Shown here: positions 57,807 through 64,000 of the stretch, piece after piece
How the letters are laid out: the number at the start of each line of letters is the position of its first letter
Position numbering within the stretch: position 1 is the stretch's first letter
NCBI RefSeq assembly: GCF_020745735.1
Contig: NC_083402.1
Coordinates: forward strand, 113,356,213-113,420,212
DNA length: 64,000 bases
Direction of reading: 5' to 3'
Origin: Hemiscyllium ocellatum
Lineage: Eukaryota
Program-made: the position numbers and the translations under genes
The notes under the pieces: generated by a model
Databases searched by the model: none
The model's input: only the letters and a program-made list of their open reading frames with translations
Told to the model about the DNA's origin: nothing

Positions 57807-60800
57807 TATTTAATAATTACACTATTTTGATTCACATGTATGCACTTTTATAAACCACTCAATCTCAAAGAATCACTACAAGGTCCATTATGCAGAAATC
57901 TATTTCAAAATGTATTATCACTCATTTAAAATGTTATCTTGTTAATTAGTACAGCTGTTGAAGAAAGGATGATGCATGGAAAATTATATTCAAGGGAATC
58001 TTCTACTAGCCTTTAACCTTTCTGAAATATTTTTAGCCACAGTAATTATAAGTACAATACAACTGTAGCAGAATTCACTCATCCATGCCTCTCACAGACA
58101 GTACACAAGACTAATTACATCTGAAACATACTACAGATTACGCTCAGGTTGCATCCCTAGGTAGTAGTATATCAAAGCTTAAGTGAGATTTTGATTACTG
58201 TAACATACTTGTTTAAATCTTAAGATATTCATGTTCTTAGCCTTACAATCGTACTACATAACAGTCAAGTTGGATGACCAATTTCTGAGCTCAGGGAATC
58301 AAATTCCAAGTCAGACCTCAAAGACTTGCAATAGAATTTAAATTAGATTACCTCTGTTCACTTGCATCCTTTTCTCAGAAGGTGTTTTATGCATCCCTGA
58401 AACGACCTAGTTGAGATTAGATAGCAGCAAGTTATTAGTTCAAACCCAAAGGAGCGTCATGTTGAATTTGAAATATAGACTGTTTATCCCTATGCAGATG
58501 CTTTCAGAACTGCTGAGTTCCTCCCCCAGCACTTTGTTTTTACTTAAGAACTCCAGCATCCACTGTACTTTTCTTTTATATGTCCTTATTGACCCAACTG
58601 GAGAAAAGAATTGAGCTTGTAATGTTTTGTTTTCTTTTAATTCCTCCATAGTGAATTCTCCCACTCTAACCTATACTCTTCCTCTCATAACAATATCAAT
58701 CTTTTCCTTTCTTGAGCACTCCATACCCATTGACCCTCCTGTTTCTTCCTGTACCTATGCCCATCCAGCTCGCATGCCCATCCTTTGCTTTACAATTGCC
58801 CTTCCACAATTCACTTGCTCCTTCACTAATCCCCAGCAGATTCCATTCCCCCATTGTGTTACCCACTCTCAATATACAGTTACCACTCTTGCTTGCCTCC
58901 CTTTGCCCCACTGCTGTGACTGTCCCTTCTGTCTCTCATTGCCTACTTTTATTCCATAGGATCCAACATCCCTTCCAATAACCTGGCCTTTTAAAATTAA
59001 CTCTCTGCTATACATTCTCACCTTTATTTGTAACATTTCTTGTGAGCTTTCTCTTTGTGTTATGCCATCTACTGGCCCTGGTCAGGTTTGCTGACTAGCC
59101 AGCTGGTATGTCAGGTATGTCTGCTGGTAGTAGCCAATGTGGCTACTTCACTGAGACAGGGCAAATTAGCTGCACTGTCTGCACCCCTTATAATTTTGGC
59201 CTTGTATGACCAGTTATGATGAGACTCCTCATAAGCTGGGCTAACCAGGCAGTCTGTACCTTAAGCAAAAAGCACCTTGTTTATGAAGGTCCTATACTAT
59301 GCAGAAGTGTGTATTCATCAAAACATCCAGGATGAAGTCTACCCTGCCGGAAGTATGCCACATAAGTGCTATCTTGTTTGGAGATGGTCTGAGCAGACTC
59401 AGGAATTTCCACCCATAGAGTGGAGATTTGCTGTGTGTTGCAAATGTATAATGACATAAACATGTAAGGACCAGTGATTAGGCATGCTACAGCTTCACTG
59501 AAGAGACCTGGCAACTCACTAGGTAGTTCTGAGCCAGAAGCTCTGGGTTCAGTTCCCACTCTAAGACTTAATGACCAAGAAAGATGTGTTTGTAATGTTA
59601 CTTATCAACCAAACAGATTACTTATTATCACCCTGTAAACCCTACAAACACATGTCAATGGCGTGTGATAAGAGTGAGAAGGTCTCCTGGTCAGTATTGT
59701 GATGGACAGAAATTTGAGCCTCTAGACTCATTATTCATTGCTCTAAGCTATAACATATTACCTCAGAAATGTGGATTCCTTGGGAAAGAGGCTGGCAGTT
59801 TGCCTGATGTCTGGTGTGGATCAAATTAGTCGCAGCATGGGATACAATCCCTGTTGTGGCTGGACTGGATTTAGGAAACTCCTTCTTCCGCTTCCTGGTG
59901 TGGTGGGGATTGTGGTAACATGGGTTGCCTTAGGGCATACAACACAATGAAAAGATCACTGGACACTTATCCAAGCAGTAAATTCCCTGCAACCCACTGT
60001 ACATTATAAGTGATCTGATCCTGAAGTAGCAAAAGCAATTGCTGAAAACGCACATCTGTTCGATCAGCACGCACACACTCACTGAAATGTGTTGGATAGG
60101 GAATATCTATCAATATGTCAATGTCCATTTCCAGCATTTTCTGTTCTTTTCATTTCCACTGTTGGTGATATTCTAAGCTGTTGCTATTTGAAACCTTTGA
60201 ACTCCTGAGTTGTACTGTGCGAGATAAGGCTGCACTGTGGTCGTGCTGTGGACATAAGTAATTGTGTTTCCTCTTGTTTCTGCTGATAGCCCAGCTATGC
60301 AGCACACCAACATAAAAACGGGAACTTTAAGTGGCATACACTTAAAACCACTTGAGTCAAGTTTCAGCAAATGTTTTCAAATGTTTGAGATTCGATTTGT
60401 CTGATGGCAAAATTGGCCATCTGTCCAGGTCAAAACTGTGAGATTCTACAGATTGTGTTAGCCAGAAAATCTCTTCAAATTGTATAGGTAGTCACTGGGT
60501 AGAAACGGGTTCTGTTCTTGAGTCTGTTTGCAAGGCTACTTGTACACAAGTCAGAACTCAATGCAGTACAATATAAAAGAGGCTTTCGTAAGTATTAGGA
60601 AACATTCATGTGTTGAGTTTTGTGTGGGATTGCATTGGTAAGTATGAGCATTTGTAAATCGGATGCCCCTGCCCCTGCACTCACTGGCTGCAGACACAAG
60701 TGGGTACACTTTATATGCTTACTGATATGAAAAAAAATATTAAGAACAAGAAAGGTGGCACTAGCATGCACCAGTGAGTCTACTAAATAGTTCAGTATAA

Positions 60801-61538
60801 CTTGTATTAATATCATTTTCAATGATTTTGGATTGGTCGACCCAATGTTGGAGGACTGGCCATCCTTTGTGATGTGCACATTTTCATCCATATTATTTAA
60901 ACCGTAACATTGTTAACATTTTTAAATACATAAAGGAATTATTTTTACTTGAAAGGAAACAAAGAAATATTTACAACTATAATGGTCCTTGATTGCTCCA
61001 AATGATGGAAGATTTAATGGTTGTGATTATACAAATCAATTATCAAAGGAAACTAAGCAACACTATTTTGAGTGTGTTTTAAAATGTGATATTCTGGTTG
61101 CAACCAAAGGAGAAACTCTAACCTGAGTGTCTACTTTACTGTTTCTTTCTATTTTATTTCATGTCATCTATATTGCTTTTAACTTATAGGTTATCAAAAA
61201 CATGTATATACTTATGGACTACGAAAAAAGTGGAAAATGATACACTTTGGACTTTCCTGGTTTGATGAAGTTTTATAGTGTGATAAGTATTTTTGGAAGA
61301 AAAGAGAGTTATTCACTATTTAATGAAAAGGCAAATACATTTGTAAAAGAAAGTAACTGCCGGAGCTTGTTAAAATAAGTATAAGAAATTAATTTCACCT
61401 TAATTGATAGACAAACCCTGAACTTTGGCATTGTACCTCAGATTGCCAAGCAAATGTTCAATTCAACTATCTCTGGAAATTTGGTGTCTGTTATGCCACA
61501 GGCTGGCAGGAAGGAAAGATCTCTCCCCTCTCTGGCAC

Positions 61539-61848
61539 GGCGGCACGGTGGCACAGTGGTTAGCACTGCTGCCTCACAGCGCCTGAGACCCGGGTTCATA
61601 TCCCGACTCAGGCGACAGACTGTGTGGAGTTTGCACGTTCTCCCCGTGTCTGCGTGGGTTTCCTCCGGGTGCTCCGGTTTCCTCCCACAGTCCAAAGATG
61701 TGCAGGTCAGGTGAATTGGCCATGCTAAATTGCCCGTAGTGTTAGGTAAGGGGTAAAGGTAGGGGTATGGGTGGGTTTCGCTTCGGCGGGTCGGTGTGGA
61801 CTTGTTGGGCCGAAGGGCCTGTTTCCACACTGTAAGTCTAATCTAATC
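61539..61848 (+). mobile_element. HE1-like V-SINE, young and full length
   Basis: A-box ggcacagtggttagc, B-box-like gggttcatatccc, V-domain, CR1-type tail ending tctaatctaatct. Confidence 0.95.
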
Positions 61849-62227
61849 TCTATCTCACATTCTCTCTCTCTTCTCTCACTTTGTCTCTCTCTTTTCTACC
61901 TCCCTCTCCCACACACACCGTAGCAACAATGAAATGTGTTGGCATGCTTTAAATCCACATCATGACCCCATTGGCCATAGGCCACAGAACCTTCAGGACA
62001 GTCAAAAGCAAGGTGAGGGGATAAGAACACACACCTGGAAGTCACCCCCTCAGTGAAGCCTCAACCTCAGCCAGCAGCAGAGCTTGGACCACCTGGAGAG
62101 AGAGAGACAGTCCACCCTGACTTGCAAAACCTGCCTTTGTAGAAGAGAGCCAGCCCTGCACCAAAGAAGAAGGAGATTCCAACAACCCAGTTCAAACATA
62201 ATTATCCTTGGGGTAATATCCTTTCTT

Positions 62228-62462
62228 ATAGAATCATAGTATCCCTGCAGCGAGGAAAGAGGCCATTCAGCCCAGCAAATTTCTCACCGACCCTTTGAAG
62301 AGCATCCTACCCCTCTACCTTATCCTTGTAACCTCATGTTTACCATCACTAATCCACCTAGCCTGCACATCCCGGGACACCTTGGGCAATTTTAGCATGG
62401 GCAATTTTAGCACGGGCAATCCACCTGACCTGCTCATCTTTGGACTGTGGGAGGAAACCGGA
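62228..62462 (-). mobile_element. HE1-like V-SINE 3' part
   Basis: gggcaattttagcatgg (tandemly duplicated)..ccacctgacctgctcatctttggactgtgggaggaaacc on +. Confidence 0.75.
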
Positions 62463-62959
62463 TACGACGAATATCTTAGATGGATAACACTGGGTAGAGA
62501 GTAAATGTTGTGGGCATTTGGGAAATGCTGACATGGCGTACTTAATGAGAAATATTTTGTCAATAATATTTTGTCCACCTCACTGACAAGAGCACTTGGG
62601 TAGTGTTTTTAATCCAAAAACTGGTCAAAGTGTCCAAAGCATGGGCAATAACTGAATGAGATTACTTAGTAGAATTCAAGGGAATATGGAAAGAAACACC
62701 AGTGTGTAGAATTTTAGCCAAACCTAAACTGTAAATTTCCATAATTCTGCATTTTTGAGAAATTGGATCTTATTGGCAAGAAATCAAAGGTGATGTCAAC
62801 CCATTCTATTCTCTGATTTTGGCTACTTGATTTACAAAGGTATTTTATTTGCTGCATTTTTCCCACCAGAACACCATTGAAAAGCTGACTGTTGCCCTGT
62901 CTTTGTATAATTGTATGAATGTATGTTTGTAATAGGATTAAGGAGGACATATGAAAGGA

Positions 62960-63135
62960 AAAATACTGCAAATGCTAGAAATTTGATACAAATACAGAAA
63001 ATCCAGAGAAACTTAACAGGTATGGCAATGTTTGTGTACAGATTCTGTGAAGTAACTCTATTTCTCTCACCACAGATGCTGCAAGATCTGAGTTTCTCCA
63101 GTTTTTTTTTAAGGAACATATTGTTTCAGTCTGCA
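62960..63135. mobile_element. Decayed palindromic Penelope pLTR remnant
   Basis: aatactgcaaatgctagaaatttg..agaaacttaacagg / cacagatgctgcaagatctgagtttctccag inverted arms. Confidence 0.6.
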
Positions 63136-64000
63136 TAGTAATGTAGCTAATAACCATTTTGCCATTTGCTCAAACAATAAATTTATTCTTAATAAATGAA
63201 TTGTTTGTGAGTTTATTGAAGAAGCATGATGAAAGTCTCCTTTATTTTAGATAATGGAAGAAATAGAAGTAAGTTCACAGTTTTGATCAAAAATAAGATA
63301 TTCAGCTGTTTGGTATGGCTTGTAAGATAATGGGACTTGATTTTCAGTGCAGTTCTCTCATCAGTCATATCAGGATGAAAATGAAAATATTATTTTTACT
63401 CTTTATTACATCTGTGTTGAAACAAATTTCTAGCTGTGAATGTAAGCAGCAATTCAGCCTCATTGCTCTGCTGGCATTCAATAGCTGCTCAGGCTTTGCT
63501 GATGTGATTTATGAGATTACCAGCATTCCTTGATTGAATTACTGCCTCATAGCTCAACTCCAGCCACCAATTATCCTCCCTCTTTCACACTTGCCAAATT
63601 GCATGAGTGTAGTTCTTATATGCCCAACTTAAAACAATGCTGCCTTCAGGAAAAGTGTTGAATCAAAATCTTTAATTCCCACATGAACCAAAAATGTCAT
63701 TTCTCACTTGAATGAGGTGTCTTGATCTTATTGTGAATGTATGTACATGACTGTAAGAATAAAATGTTTTCTACGAAGGCTATCCTTACCCTTAACACAC
63801 TGTGGAAAGCAACTGTTCTGTTCCAATATTGATTTTGAGTGAATGAGAATTGTGATGCCAAGTGAACCTTGATAGTTTGCTGCTGCACCAATTAATAATA
63901 GACTGAAAATATCAGATTTACCTCATATTGAAATTAAAATAACTGACAGAACAGTAGAAGGAGAAGTAATGAAATACGTCAATTCATTAGCTCATATCCT

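Noticed and set aside
60173-60370. Minus ORF with a signal-peptide-like stretch MPLKVPVFMLVCCIAGLSA
   Set aside because: Short, no splice donor and no recognisable homology; likely chance.
61190-61278. Possible terminal exon (..ttatag|GT TAT CAA..; YQKHVYTYGLRKKWKMIHFGLSWFDEVL*)
   Set aside because: Phase does not fit the other candidate exons and the peptide is unrecognised; such acceptors are common in AT-rich DNA.
61539-61620. tRNA-like A and B boxes
   Set aside because: Head of a tRNA-derived SINE; no complete cloverleaf and it continues into the V-domain.
1-64000. CRISPR arrays, rRNA genes, prokaryotic operons
   Set aside because: No regularly spaced repeat-spacer array or rRNA similarity seen; the sequence is vertebrate repeat-rich DNA.

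Overview
This is vertebrate, AT-rich, repeat-dense DNA, very probably from a shark (elasmobranch). That call is inferred from HE1-type V-SINEs that share a 3' tail with CR1/HER1-type LINEs, and from Deu-domain SINEs. No recognisable host protein-coding gene was found, so the window reads as intronic or intergenic. Main contents: (1) A two-LTR class I endogenous retrovirus on the minus strand (15463-22155). It has a tRNA-Pro PBS, a PPT, gag, an amber read-through signal, pro, RNase H-integrase and env, but the RT core is deleted. Its Gag/Pro resemble the HERV-I/IP group while its Env resembles a different, fish/amphibian-type Env. (2) A young, nearly intact Penelope-like element (RT + GIY-YIG, 23393-25382) carrying an intact minimal hammerhead ribozyme, plus many short ribozyme-bearing hairpin derivatives with 12-14 bp TSDs. 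One derivative has copied host flanking DNA into a ~394-bp palindrome. (3) A decayed Gmr1-like Ty3/gypsy element with integrase upstream of RT. (4) Many CR1 LINE fragments, an RTE-like fragment, SINEs, solo LTRs and two TA-flanked MITEs. Family names come from motif recognition, not database searches, and the boundaries of old decayed repeats are approximate.
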